Virus record (IMG/VR): IMGVR_UViG_2526164629_000027
DNA: 37,247 nt
Direction: 5' to 3' (one strand)
Origin: a virus
Taxonomy: Duplodnaviria > Heunggongvirae > Uroviricota > Caudoviricetes
Position 1 is the first letter of the stretch; the number at the start of each line of letters is the position of its first letter. Both the position numbers and the translations under genes were made by a program. Shown here in pieces: positions 27,030 through 36,244 of the stretch. Under the pieces are notes generated by a model. That model saw only the letters and a list, made by a program, of their open reading frames with translations, ran no database searches and was not told where the DNA came from.

Positions 27030-27635
27030 CTATTTATACAATACAACACCGCTCTTTTTAGTTATATATGTGCAGTTCGATGGTATATCTTTATTTATAA
27101 AAGACATTGCACCTATTTTTACATTATCCCCAATTTTACGTGATAATCCAATGATGCAACAATTAGCTCCGATATCAACGTTACTACCAATTTTTACTCT
27201 TGAACCAGGCATGTCACCATCTATCTGTCCAATGGTAGTATTCTGTCGTAACACCAGATTTTCACCAGCATCAACAGCAAAATGAACAACAATTCCAGCA
27301 TGATGGGGAATTGTTAACCCTTTTCCAATATTTGCGCCCAATCCAATTTCACAACCAAATTTGTTAATTATTTTACTGTTCAACTTTTTGGCTGCTTTCT
27401 TATGTAATTTATTACCATTAATATACATTTCGTTAGCCAACCGCCACCAGAAAAGGAAATTCCGGTTACGCTGTTTTTTCTCTCTTAAAAGCCTCCAGAT
27501 ATCCATACGTTTCCGCCGAATTACTTCATATTTCCAGAAGTTTTTTAAATTAGTAGAGTTCCCAAATAAAACAAAGTGAATTGCCATTAAGTAAGACAGC
27601 ACGATAATCTCCTTAATTATTATTTCAGACCACAC
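27030..27635 (-). CDS. Hexapeptide-repeat acyl/acetyltransferase (left-handed beta-helix family), cargo gene
   Basis: 201 aa (GTG start; alternative ATG at 27587); hexapeptide-like repeats (IGANCCIIGLSRKIGDNVKIG, IGQIDGDMPGSRVKIGSNVDIG); markedly AT-rich. Confidence 0.75.
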   Translation of the reverse strand: MWSEIIIKEIIVLSYLMAIHFVLFGNSTNLKNFWKYEVIRRKRMDIWRLLREKKQRNRNFLFWWRLANEMYINGNKLHKKAAKKLNSKIINKFGCEIGLGANIGKGLTIPHHAGIVVHFAVDAGENLVLRQNTTIGQIDGDMPGSRVKIGSNVDIGANCCIIGLSRKIGDNVKIGAMSFINKDIPSNCTYITKKSGVVLYK

Positions 27636-27758
27636 ATGTTATAAGGTTAAGAGATTATAAAATCCTGTTATTTGTTATTCAAAAACAATTTTCTGAGAAG
27701 GACATACAACAGCAAGTCGCCAGTCACCTTCATCAGGAAATTGGCGACATACGTTAAA

Positions 27759-28253
27759 TCAGAGCAGCCCCTTAACTGAGCTGGCCGCGCTATTAAGGGA
27801 TGATGTCACCTTATCTTTGAAGCCGGACAACATATCGCTGAACGATGAGGATTGCAGGCGCTCCCGCAAATCCTCATCACAGCGTTCAAGAGTCAGTGAA
27901 AATTCTATCTTTTTCGCTTTACCGTAGCGATCAAACTCGGAACGGGTCGTATTCGTTTCGGTCAGGACATACATGCCGTAAATCTGCCCGACGCCATCAA
28001 TCAGAGGCCAGGGCCGTCCTGTATACGCCTGCGTGGTCAGCAGAGACAGCGACACTTCGCCACCTGTAATTTCAGGATAAAGCACACCAGAAAGAACGAT
28101 GCGGTCATCACCTGCACCGATATACTGCCAGCTTGCTGAACGGTTAACGCGTTCATTTTTCACATGCCGCCAGCTTTTATTTTGCTGTAACTGCTGATGC
28201 GGCAATGTGCGCAGCTCAAAAACAAACATGCCGTAGATCATCATCATGGCCAT
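27759..28253 (-). CDS. U: Tail protein U
   Basis: 164 aa; immediately downstream of the tape-measure gene on the same strand. Confidence 0.75.
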   Translation of the reverse strand: MAMMMIYGMFVFELRTLPHQQLQQNKSWRHVKNERVNRSASWQYIGAGDDRIVLSGVLYPEITGGEVSLSLLTTQAYTGRPWPLIDGVGQIYGMYVLTETNTTRSEFDRYGKAKKIEFSLTLERCDEDLRERLQSSSFSDMLSGFKDKVTSSLNSAASSVKGLL

Positions 28254-28259
28254 GACTCC

Positions 28260-31103
28260 TCAATCTTTATCGCAAAAACTGCCACGCCCGGCACGGGCGC
28301 GCCGTTCCATTTCTGCCCTGACCATTTCACCGACCAGTTTCGCCAGTTCGCGGGGATTCTGCGTAACAACGTTATGCAGATGAACATGAATTTCACCGCC
28401 AAATCCGGAGACAACAGGCTCCCGGTTACGGGAAGTTGCAGGAACTGATGCCACTGGCGATCGTATGGCCTCCGCCACCGGGCGGGAGCTGGCCGCAACA
28501 ACAGGGACCAGCGCCGGAGGCAGAGGAGTCGGGACCACGGGTGTGATGTTGATTGCGGAAGCAGGCTTACTGACCTGCGCAATCTTCCGCTCCTGCCACT
28601 CCCCACGAACGGCAAGTGCGCGGGGCAGGTTCTTAAAGACAATATCGCCGGGGCCAATACGTTTTTTCGTCTCATCAACCAGCTTACCTGTGTTATCAGC
28701 AATTTTGCTGAGTCTGCGTAGCGTACCGGTATTGCTGTCTGTGAGCGGTTTGTTGTCTTTGGGTTTATCGCCTCCGGTGCCATTGCCATTTTCCGCAGAC
28801 TTCGGCGGATTGATTTTCGCAATGTCTCCCTGAAACAGAGCAACCTTGTCCTGAAGAATGGCCGCACGCTGTGCGTCTTCGATTTTCTTGCGCGCCCTTT
28901 CCGCTTCATCCGGAAGCACACCGAGCTTTTCAAGTATCCACGCCAGCGTATCCAGCAACATTTTTGCAGGTGTAAGAACAAGTTGTAACGCACCGCCAAG
29001 AACGTTACCGAATATCTCGCCAGCACTGGTACATTTATCCAGCGTTTCCTTGCTGGACTCCATCGGTGACAGCAGCGATTTAAACCAGTTAAACACCTGG
29101 CTTATCCCGCTTCCGATTGCGTCAAAAACAGGACCAAACCGTTCAAAGGTTTCGCGCAACGGGGTCAGCCTTTCCATAATCCCGCTGAACACCCCGGCAA
29201 AAAATGCCCTGATGGGATCCCAGTATTTCCAGATAAGAACGGCAGCTCCGGCAAGCGCAGCCACGATAAGACCAACCGGACTGAACAACGCCCCGATAGC
29301 GCCTCCCAGTAAAGAAACGGAACCCGTCACCATTCCCCATAGTGCTGGCAGAACCCTGACAGCATTCATTGATCCGGTCAGGAGGGAAAAACCAAGACGC
29401 AGTTTTGCCAGCGGGCCAGCAAGCACACCAATAGCCAGCGACAACGAGCCAACCGTTGCAGTCATTGCCAGCAGTGCACCGCCTGCAATCAGTAGCTGGC
29501 GCGTCAGTGCGGGATGGGCCTGCGCCAGCGCCGTCACCTTTGATACCACTCGCGTGAGCCACTGCGTGACAGAACGCAGCGGACCGTCAATCAGATCTGC
29601 AATGCGGATGCGCAACCCTTCCCATGCACTGCTGAGTGATTTCAGATCGCCGTCAAGGTTGTTGGCCATAACCTTTGCCGTGCGTTCAGCCTCACCGCGC
29701 GCGCCTTCAAGTTCTTTTCTCAGTTTGGGTAAGGAGCCGTTACCTGCCGCATCAACGAGGGCCATAAATGATGTGAAAGCCTCTTCTCCTGCAATGTCCT
29801 TAAAGAACGATACCCGGTCAACTTCCCCGTATTTGCGGGTAGCTTTATAAAGGTCAGCCAGCACATCCTCCATCGGGCGCATTTTGCCCCCGGCATCCGA
29901 GACAGACACGCCAAGCTCTTTCAGCGCCTCTGCTGCCGCCTTTGGCGGTGATGCCAGACGAGCCAGGCTGGCACGCATTGCCGTACCAGCATCACTCCCC
30001 CTGATACCCATATTCGCCAGCACGCCCGCCATCGCTGCGGCCTGCTCCAGCGATATTCCCAGCTTACCCGCCACCGGACCTGCATATTTCATGGTTTCGC
30101 CCAGCGCGCGAAGGTCAGTGTTAGTACGGGTAAACGCTGCTGTAAGCGTGTCACCGACCCGGTCCATCTGGTCAGCGGAGAGGCCGAACTGCGTCAGGAT
30201 ATTTGAGCCAATATCCGCCGTCTCGCCAAGGTCCATACCGCCAGCCGTTGCCATGCTCAGCACGCCCGGAAGCGCAGCCTGAATGGCCTGCGGTGTGAAG
30301 CCAGCCATTGCAAGAAATGCCTGCCCACTGGCGGCATCGCCTGCGGTGAACTGCGTTTCAGAGCCAAGTTTTAACGCCTGCTCACGCAGCGCCTTAAACT
30401 GCGGGCTGTTTTTGTCGATTCGCGTCAGTGCCTGAACGCGGGACATCTCTTTCCCGAACCCGATCGCAGGCTGCAAAAAACGCCCGGCAGCATAGCCGCC
30501 CGCCGCTGCCGCACCAATTGCCAGCGCACCACCTGTTTTCAGTTTTTCCGCTGTTTCCTGCGCGCGCGAATACCGCTCACGCGCCCGCGTTACACGCGCA
30601 AGCGCCTGCCGTTCGCGTTCAAGCTGGTTGTTGTATTGTTCGGTGCGTCTGATGGCCTGCTGGATGGTGTTATCGCTGCCTGTCAGGGAAATGCCGTGGC
30701 GTTTCAGCTCTCCGCCAAGCTCCCGCATTTTCTGAATTTCCCGTGTGCGCGATTCATTCAGGCGTTCAAGCCGGGTGCTTAACTGCTGCATCAGCTTTTG
30801 TTGTTTTTCGCTGAGCACTGTACCCGTGCGTTGTAACTGATTAAGGGCGTTAAGCTGGCGTCGTGCTTTCACGATGCCCGCATCCGCTTTACTGACAGCG
30901 TCGCGGGCGCGCTCAAATGATCGCGCCTGACGCTCGAGATTTTTGATCGCCCCCTGCGTTCGCTGGATGGAGTCACCAAACTGCCCCATCAGGCGGCGGG
31001 CGTTTTCGGCAGGCCGGGTCAGCCTGTCAACGGCGCTGAAAGCGACCCGGATATCAAGAGTCTTCATTGTCTGCATTCCCGCTGCGAAGTGCCGCCCGCT
31101 CAC
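28260..31103 (-). CDS. T: Tail tape measure protein (P2 gpT family)
   Basis: 947 aa; long helical/coiled N-terminal region, Gly/Ala-rich hydrophobic middle; true start may be the ATG at 31076 or 31067. Confidence 0.9.
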   Translation of the reverse strand: MSGRHFAAGMQTMKTLDIRVAFSAVDRLTRPAENARRLMGQFGDSIQRTQGAIKNLERQARSFERARDAVSKADAGIVKARRQLNALNQLQRTGTVLSEKQQKLMQQLSTRLERLNESRTREIQKMRELGGELKRHGISLTGSDNTIQQAIRRTEQYNNQLERERQALARVTRARERYSRAQETAEKLKTGGALAIGAAAAGGYAAGRFLQPAIGFGKEMSRVQALTRIDKNSPQFKALREQALKLGSETQFTAGDAASGQAFLAMAGFTPQAIQAALPGVLSMATAGGMDLGETADIGSNILTQFGLSADQMDRVGDTLTAAFTRTNTDLRALGETMKYAGPVAGKLGISLEQAAAMAGVLANMGIRGSDAGTAMRASLARLASPPKAAAEALKELGVSVSDAGGKMRPMEDVLADLYKATRKYGEVDRVSFFKDIAGEEAFTSFMALVDAAGNGSLPKLRKELEGARGEAERTAKVMANNLDGDLKSLSSAWEGLRIRIADLIDGPLRSVTQWLTRVVSKVTALAQAHPALTRQLLIAGGALLAMTATVGSLSLAIGVLAGPLAKLRLGFSLLTGSMNAVRVLPALWGMVTGSVSLLGGAIGALFSPVGLIVAALAGAAVLIWKYWDPIRAFFAGVFSGIMERLTPLRETFERFGPVFDAIGSGISQVFNWFKSLLSPMESSKETLDKCTSAGEIFGNVLGGALQLVLTPAKMLLDTLAWILEKLGVLPDEAERARKKIEDAQRAAILQDKVALFQGDIAKINPPKSAENGNGTGGDKPKDNKPLTDSNTGTLRRLSKIADNTGKLVDETKKRIGPGDIVFKNLPRALAVRGEWQERKIAQVSKPASAINITPVVPTPLPPALVPVVAASSRPVAEAIRSPVASVPATSRNREPVVSGFGGEIHVHLHNVVTQNPRELAKLVGEMVRAEMERRARAGRGSFCDKD

Positions 31104-31217
31104 GCCAGCTAACCACTTCGCCGGGCGTCATCATGAAGATTTCGGCGGGCGACCAGTTAAAAATGGCGGCAATATCCGCCACAAAGTCTTCTATGTACTC
31201 AAAGCACACAACCGTGA

Positions 31218-31583
31218 TCAGGCTTCCGTCGCCTGTTCGTTCTTCCCGCCAGAGTCCGCACCGCTCAAAAAATTTACGGCAACCACACATAACTGAATAA
31301 AGTCACGGGATGCCATTTTTTTGATCGTCACTTCATCCAGTCGCGGTGATGTCACGCGTGACAGCAGCGTAAACATGGATTCCGCTTTCAGATTCAGCAC
31401 ATCAGACAGCGACAAATCTCGCAGAGATCCAGCCTGCTCAATAGCCCCGGTGATCTCCACATACGTGATTTTTTCGCCGCCTCGCTCAATTGGTTGGGTA
31501 AGTTTTACGCCACGCTCACTGGTTTCTTTCACAGTGTCAGTAACTACCGTGTTTTCGGTATCGATGTTTTTCGTCTCTTTCAT
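31218..31583 (-). CDS. E: Tail assembly chaperone E; E+E' extension to 31054 by programmed -1 frameshift
   Basis: 121 aa with SD AGGAG; contains the slippery heptamer T TTT TTG in frame (VNFL); the -1 frame continues as ...FFERCGLWREERTG... to a stop at 31054, overlapping the T start. Confidence 0.8.
   Translation of the reverse strand: MKETKNIDTENTVVTDTVKETSERGVKLTQPIERGGEKITYVEITGAIEQAGSLRDLSLSDVLNLKAESMFTLLSRVTSPRLDEVTIKKMASRDFIQLCVVAVNFLSGADSGGKNEQATEA
31266..31272 (-). promoter_or_regulatory. Programmed -1 ribosomal frameshift slippery site (TTTTTTG) for E/E'
   Basis: Heptamer read as AA-T TTT TTG in the E frame; the same heptamer is used by P2 E/E'. Confidence 0.75.
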
Positions 31584-31637
31584 CAGGAAACTCCTTTCAG
31601 TCAGAGGCGACGCACTGCGCCGCCTGCATATTACTTA

Positions 31638-32150
31638 TCAACCAAGCCCAAGCGCGGAACGGATACGGTCAGGCACAATGTCCTTGCCGTCCTTCCGGTA
31701 AATGAAGTTCAGCAGGTCAATCTCCCACAACGGGCGATCGTTAACACTCAGCTTGTAGTAGGTGTTTTTAATGGCGTAAGTGTGTGATGTGGCTTCGCCC
31801 TGTTTGGCTTCCCCCATATCAATTTCCGTCACACGTCCGCGCATCTCGATTTCATACAGATCGCTTTCTGCATCGGTGTAGTATTCACCCGCAAAACGCA
31901 GCAGCGTGCCGTCAATCGTGCCGCCATATTTAAGGAACAGCGCACGAACAGCTCCCCCCATAACAAAACTCGCATCAAGCGCGGAGTCGTCCAGACCGAG
32001 ATCAATACTTACCGCCCCCATCATGCCACCACCACGATAGCTGTCGGTTTTGCGCGTCAGTTTAGGCAGGGTGACGGACGTCACCTTACCCACTTCGTTT
32101 TCACCATCCACAAACAGCGTAAAAAAGCGAAGATGTTTTGGTACAGCCAT
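31638..32150 (-). CDS. FII: Tail tube protein (P2 gpFII family)
   Basis: 170 aa; follows the sheath gene with start/stop overlap. Confidence 0.85.
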   Translation of the reverse strand: MAVPKHLRFFTLFVDGENEVGKVTSVTLPKLTRKTDSYRGGGMMGAVSIDLGLDDSALDASFVMGGAVRALFLKYGGTIDGTLLRFAGEYYTDAESDLYEIEMRGRVTEIDMGEAKQGEATSHTYAIKNTYYKLSVNDRPLWEIDLLNFIYRKDGKDIVPDRIRSALGLG

Positions 32151-33334
32151 CAGACACCTCCCAGCACCGCAAATGCGGGACCAAAGAATTCATCAGTAAA
32201 CGACTGGTAAAGCTCCATGTCTTCCAGCGGGGGAACAGGCGTATATTTGTAGCGAATACGCACACGCCCCTGACGTAAATTCGTGGTGCCGTTATCCACC
32301 ACGTCATACCAGCACGACGCCCCAATCAGTTTCCCGGCAGTAACCAGTGAATCCAGTTTTGCCCTGATGGCACTGATAACATCTTTCACGTTCGCAGGCG
32401 TCAGTGGACTGTCGATGGTTTCAAACTGCGCTTCCGCAATTGAATCAGCCAGCACCTGTGCGGTTCGGGTATACACCTCAAAGATGTAGGCGTTCGTTTC
32501 CGGTGTGCGGTTGCCCCAGAAGCGGAACCCGTTGCGACGAATAATGGTCGTGATTTCTTTGTTGTTGAGGCTGTTGGCATCGCTGTCTTCGGCCTGCAAC
32601 GACCAGAACACATGCCTGGACATCCCCAGCACATTTTTAACCGGAACGTTGGACAGTGATTTGTGCCATCCCTGCTCATGGTCAATGTACGCACGAAGGC
32701 CGCACGCATAGGCAGGCGCGGGGAACGTTTCGTTTTTGCCACTTTTCGGGTTGTAGGCGATGAAGTCCGGCCATAAGAGCATCACCTCACGTTCGTTGAA
32801 TTTCTGGCGGTAGGTAATCACCTCAGCCATCGTGTTACAGCCGTGACATGAGGCATACACAAACGCGCGCAGTTTACCCGCAATCACGCACAGGGATTTT
32901 GTCACCGCCTCCGTGTCCAGCTCCGGCGCGGCCAGAATACGCGGACGGTATCCGATGCTTTCATCCTGCTCTGCAACAAGCAGCGCATACATCCCCGTAT
33001 AGCTGCCGTCAGATTCAGAACCACCGATAACCAGTTGATCCTGCGTCTTTCCGTCTTCTTCTTTGTGTTCAGCCACGCGAACGACGATCACCTTTGTGCT
33101 CACCTGGTCTGCGATGGCCTTAAGCGCACGATAAAGCGTCCCCGTTGTCCCGCATTTTCCCAGCACGTCATTGACGCGGGTCAGCAGTGTGGGCTTGTTC
33201 AGCGGGAACAGCTTCGCGTCCGCATCATCCGCCGTTGCCACGATACCGATAACGCTGGAATCAACATCGTTAATCGCTGTTACCAGGTCGGTATTTTCCG
33301 TAACACGGGCACCATGAAAACGAGTTTCACTCAT
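32150..33334 (-). CDS. FI: Contractile tail sheath protein (P2 gpFI family)
   Basis: 394 aa; size and position match P2 FI. Confidence 0.9.
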   Translation of the reverse strand: MSETRFHGARVTENTDLVTAINDVDSSVIGIVATADDADAKLFPLNKPTLLTRVNDVLGKCGTTGTLYRALKAIADQVSTKVIVVRVAEHKEEDGKTQDQLVIGGSESDGSYTGMYALLVAEQDESIGYRPRILAAPELDTEAVTKSLCVIAGKLRAFVYASCHGCNTMAEVITYRQKFNEREVMLLWPDFIAYNPKSGKNETFPAPAYACGLRAYIDHEQGWHKSLSNVPVKNVLGMSRHVFWSLQAEDSDANSLNNKEITTIIRRNGFRFWGNRTPETNAYIFEVYTRTAQVLADSIAEAQFETIDSPLTPANVKDVISAIRAKLDSLVTAGKLIGASCWYDVVDNGTTNLRQGRVRIRYKYTPVPPLEDMELYQSFTDEFFGPAFAVLGGV

Positions 33335-33491
33335 AGCTTTAGCCCCTTGTATCCGTTAAATGATTCGGCAACAATCATCACCCACCACGCGCGTAATCTC
33401 ACCCCTGTGCCGTTCTCCCGATCCGGCGACAACAAAAAGCAGTAACCCCCTCCGCACGCACATGCGACCATGCCGCACAGGGAGGGAACAG

Positions 33492-34601
33492 ATGACCGAT
33501 ACCACCATGCAATTGCTCAGTCAGGGCACAGACCCCGTGAAAATGCCGGATTTTGATATTCTCGCGGAGGGTAAAACGCTGTCAGGCGTGGCAGAGCGCC
33601 TGATGAGCCTGTCACTGACCGACAACCGGGGATTTGACGCGGACCAGCTCACCATCACGCTGGATGATGCGGATGGTCAGTTGCAGCTACCGCCACGGGG
33701 CACGCGCCTGACGGTTCTCATTGGCTGGAAAGGAGAACCGCTGACAGAAAAAGGCACTTACATTGTTGATGAAATCGCTCACGAAGGACCGCCGGACAGG
33801 CTGACTGTTTCAGCCAGAAGCGCAGATTTTCGGGATGAATTTAACGTTAAACGTGAGGTGTCCTGGCATGATGTGACCGTTGAGCGTGTGGTATCCGCCA
33901 TCGCTCATCGGTATGGTCTGAAACCGCAAATCAGCGAAATGCTGATGGATATCGAAATCGACCACGCCGACCAGACCGAAGAAAGCGACATGTCCTTCCT
34001 TACGCGCATGGCGGAAATGCTGGGCGCAATCACCACGGTAAAAAGCGGTAATCTGTTATTCATTATGCCAGGCGGTGGCGTGAACGCACAGGGCCAGCCG
34101 TTGCCATCGTTCGCCATCACGCGCAGCAGTGGCGATCGCCATCAGTTCCGCATTGCTGACCGCGAAGCGTATACGGGGGTACGCGCTTACTGGCTTGATC
34201 TTAATTACGGGAAAAAGAAAAAAGTCAGCGTGAAACACCGCAAACCGCCAAAACCCAAAAAGGAGAAAAGCAGCAGCCGTGAAGGTGATTATATGGAAGG
34301 CGCGGAAGGCAATGTGTTTGTGTTACGCAAGACTTATCAGAACGAGCAGGCAGCAAGACGCGCAGCGGCGGCAAAGTGGCAGCAGCTACAACGCGGAGCC
34401 GCATCATTCTCCATCACGCTGGCATGTGGTCGTGCAGAACTCTACCCCGAAATGCATGGCACGGTAACAGGATTTAAAAGCGAGATTGATAATCAGGACT
34501 GGATTATTGCAAAAGCCGAGCACACCATCGATAACAGCGGCTTTACCACGCAGCTTGAGCTTGAGGCAAAAATCCCGGAATGGATAGCAGAAACAGAGTG
34601 A
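33492..34601 (+). CDS. D: Tail protein D (late control gene D family)
   Basis: 369 aa from the ATG at 33492 with SD GGAGGG; the listed ORF begins 132 nt upstream at a non-ATG start. Confidence 0.8.
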   Translation: MTDTTMQLLSQGTDPVKMPDFDILAEGKTLSGVAERLMSLSLTDNRGFDADQLTITLDDADGQLQLPPRGTRLTVLIGWKGEPLTEKGTYIVDEIAHEGPPDRLTVSARSADFRDEFNVKREVSWHDVTVERVVSAIAHRYGLKPQISEMLMDIEIDHADQTEESDMSFLTRMAEMLGAITTVKSGNLLFIMPGGGVNAQGQPLPSFAITRSSGDRHQFRIADREAYTGVRAYWLDLNYGKKKKVSVKHRKPPKPKKEKSSSREGDYMEGAEGNVFVLRKTYQNEQAARRAAAAKWQQLQRGAASFSITLACGRAELYPEMHGTVTGFKSEIDNQDWIIAKAEHTIDNSGFTTQLELEAKIPEWIAETE

Positions 34602-34643
34602 GCAACTTAGAATAGCAGCAGCACCACGTTAAGGGAGGTCGCT

Positions 34644-34904
34644 ATGTTCCGTTGTCCGCTTTGTGGCGCATCTGCCCGTATCCGCACCAGTCGTCCGGAA
34701 AATGATTCAAACACCGTGCGGCAAAAGTATTACCAGTGTAACAACCTGGAATGCGGCGTATGCTTCTCAACACTGGAAGCTTTCCATAAATTCACATCAA
34801 AACACACCTCCGGCGTTCACTCTTCAGAAGGTATCCCGTGGCATGAGCTGCCAGCTTCACACAGGGGAAACAATCAGATGAGTTTGCCTTTACCTCAGAA
34901 TTAA
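34644..34904 (+). CDS. ogr: Ogr/Delta-family zinc-finger late-gene transcription activator
   Basis: 86 aa; MFRCPLCGASARIRTSRP...YYQCNNLECGVCF with C-x2-C-x22-C-x4-C spacing as in P2 Ogr / 186 B. Confidence 0.85.
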   Translation: MFRCPLCGASARIRTSRPENDSNTVRQKYYQCNNLECGVCFSTLEAFHKFTSKHTSGVHSSEGIPWHELPASHRGNNQMSLPLPQN

Positions 34905-35095
34905 CAGGCAGAATTGCCGGAGTAACAAAAAAGCGATAGATTACGCGCGGGTGCCTTTCGGCTGATGGTCGGAGGGAATACCCGAAGGCCAGATGTGGAA
35001 AGGCCCCGGAAAACATTTCTGTTTAACCGAGGCCCTAACATATCTACCTTAAGCAAGTGATAGGTTAGCGCCTCTCCAACAAAGGAGCAAGCGCT

Positions 35096-35236
35096 ATGTC
35101 GCAAAAATCGCTTACGGCCATCACGTTCTGCGTGACGGTAATCCTCATCATCTGGATGCTACACGGTTCGCTGTGTGAAATACGGATGAGCTTCTGGGGA
35201 GCGGAGTTTGCGGCGTTCTTACAGTGTAAGCAGTAA
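35096..35236 (+). CDS. Hok/Gef-family type I toxin (46 aa)
   Basis: Not in the ORF track (below size cutoff); SD AAAGGAG at 35081-35087; translation MSQKSLTAITFCVTVILIIWMLHGSLCEIRMSFWGAEFAAFLQCKQ has an N-terminal TM helix plus SLCEIR...AAF motifs shared with Hok/HokA. Confidence 0.65.
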   Translation: MSQKSLTAITFCVTVILIIWMLHGSLCEIRMSFWGAEFAAFLQCKQ

Positions 35237-35323
35237 GGAAACCGCGACGGGGGAGCAATCCCCCGTCAATCGGTTGCTAAGGTTGGCTGAAGTGGCACCC
35301 TATCTCACAGACATGAACAACAA

Positions 35324-35356
35324 ACCCGCAGCGTAAGAACTGCGGGTTTTCTTTTT
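35324..35356 (+). terminator. Intrinsic terminator downstream of the hok-like gene
   Basis: cccgcag-N9-ctgcggg hairpin followed by ttttcttttt. Confidence 0.6.
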
Positions 35357-35424
35357 GGAACTATCACTAGCTAGTGTACCGTTAACGGCACATAATGCTC
35401 GCACAACAAACCTGTTAAAAGAGA

Positions 35425-35706
35425 TTACTCAGCATTCTCCTGCTTCCATTGCCGGATCATTTCATCGGTAACATCACCCTCATAACATACCACGTCATAC
35501 CCTCCATTACGGCTATATGCACTGCGTCCACCACATCTACTACCATTCCTTGCATGATTATAAGGACACGCACAATTGCCTGGATAAGATTCAATGGATT
35601 CTTTAATTATTTCTTTTTTGATCTGAGCATCAGACTTTCCTGTTGCTGCATATCCGCTAAAAGATACTAAACAAAGGCAGATTGCCATTAATAAACCACA
35701 TCGCAT
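35425..35706 (-). CDS. Hypothetical secreted Cys-rich small protein
   Basis: About 93 aa from MRCGLLMAICLCLVSFSGYAA (signal peptide) with several Cys (NCACPYNH...RCGG...VVCYEG); the listed ORF extends further upstream. Confidence 0.5.
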   Translation of the reverse strand: MRCGLLMAICLCLVSFSGYAATGKSDAQIKKEIIKESIESYPGNCACPYNHARNGSRCGGRSAYSRNGGYDVVCYEGDVTDEMIRQWKQENAE

Positions 35707-36175
35707 ACCGATACACTCTATTACTAACCAATCATAGCCCACATCATAAAATCGAGATGAGGAGTACAATACCTTTAACAAGAAGGTGTCATAACGATAA
35801 TATGTCGTGCAATTCATCAAAAAAAAGATCTATATCAAAGAGATAGAACTCTTATCAGTGCTTCAGACATCGGCATTCGAGGCAGCAGAAAAACAGTAAA
35901 TCTGACGAATTTGCCTTTTCCCAAGATGTTGTCAGATTAAAAAGATAGATTAGCGCAGGTACCTGTTGGTGGATTGCAGGAGGAAAAATGAAGTCGAGTG
36001 GAAAAATCCCAGAAAAATTTTTGTTTAACAGAGGTCCTGGTTCACTATGCGAAATACGGAGGAGCTGCAGAAGAATTCTGCTTCATCCTTAGAGTTTAAA
36101 CAGCACGTGCACTACCATTGTTTCTGCATATCGCCACACCATCGCCACTCAACCGCCATTGCACAAAATACAAAT

Positions 36176-36203
36176 ACAAAAAAACCACCCGAAGGTGGTT
36201 TCA
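36176..36203 (-). terminator. Intrinsic terminator of the tRNA operon
   Basis: On the minus strand a hairpin with tetraloop (accacc-ttcg-ggtggt) followed by a T-run, directly after tRNA-Leu. Confidence 0.7.
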
Positions 36204-36244
36204 CGACACTGCTTATTGCTTTGATTTTATTCTTATCTTTCCCA

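Larger units (their letters stand above)
1..34904. mobile_element. P2/186-like temperate prophage; left attachment site lies beyond the window start, right boundary uncertain (somewhere after ogr, before about 35,400)
   Basis: Contiguous, syntenic set of P2/186 homologues (int, repressor, A, Q, P, O, N, M, L, X, lysis, R, S, V, W, J, I, H, G, FI, FII, E/E', T, U, D, ogr) recognised from the ORF translations; a tRNA operon and pgsA follow on the right. Confidence 0.85.

Noticed and set aside
28244-29026. 260-aa alternate-frame ORF and several others inside the tape-measure gene
   Set aside because: All are embedded in the tape-measure coding sequence (GC-rich, repetitive), with Arg/Ser/Pro-rich low-complexity translations typical of off-frame artefacts.
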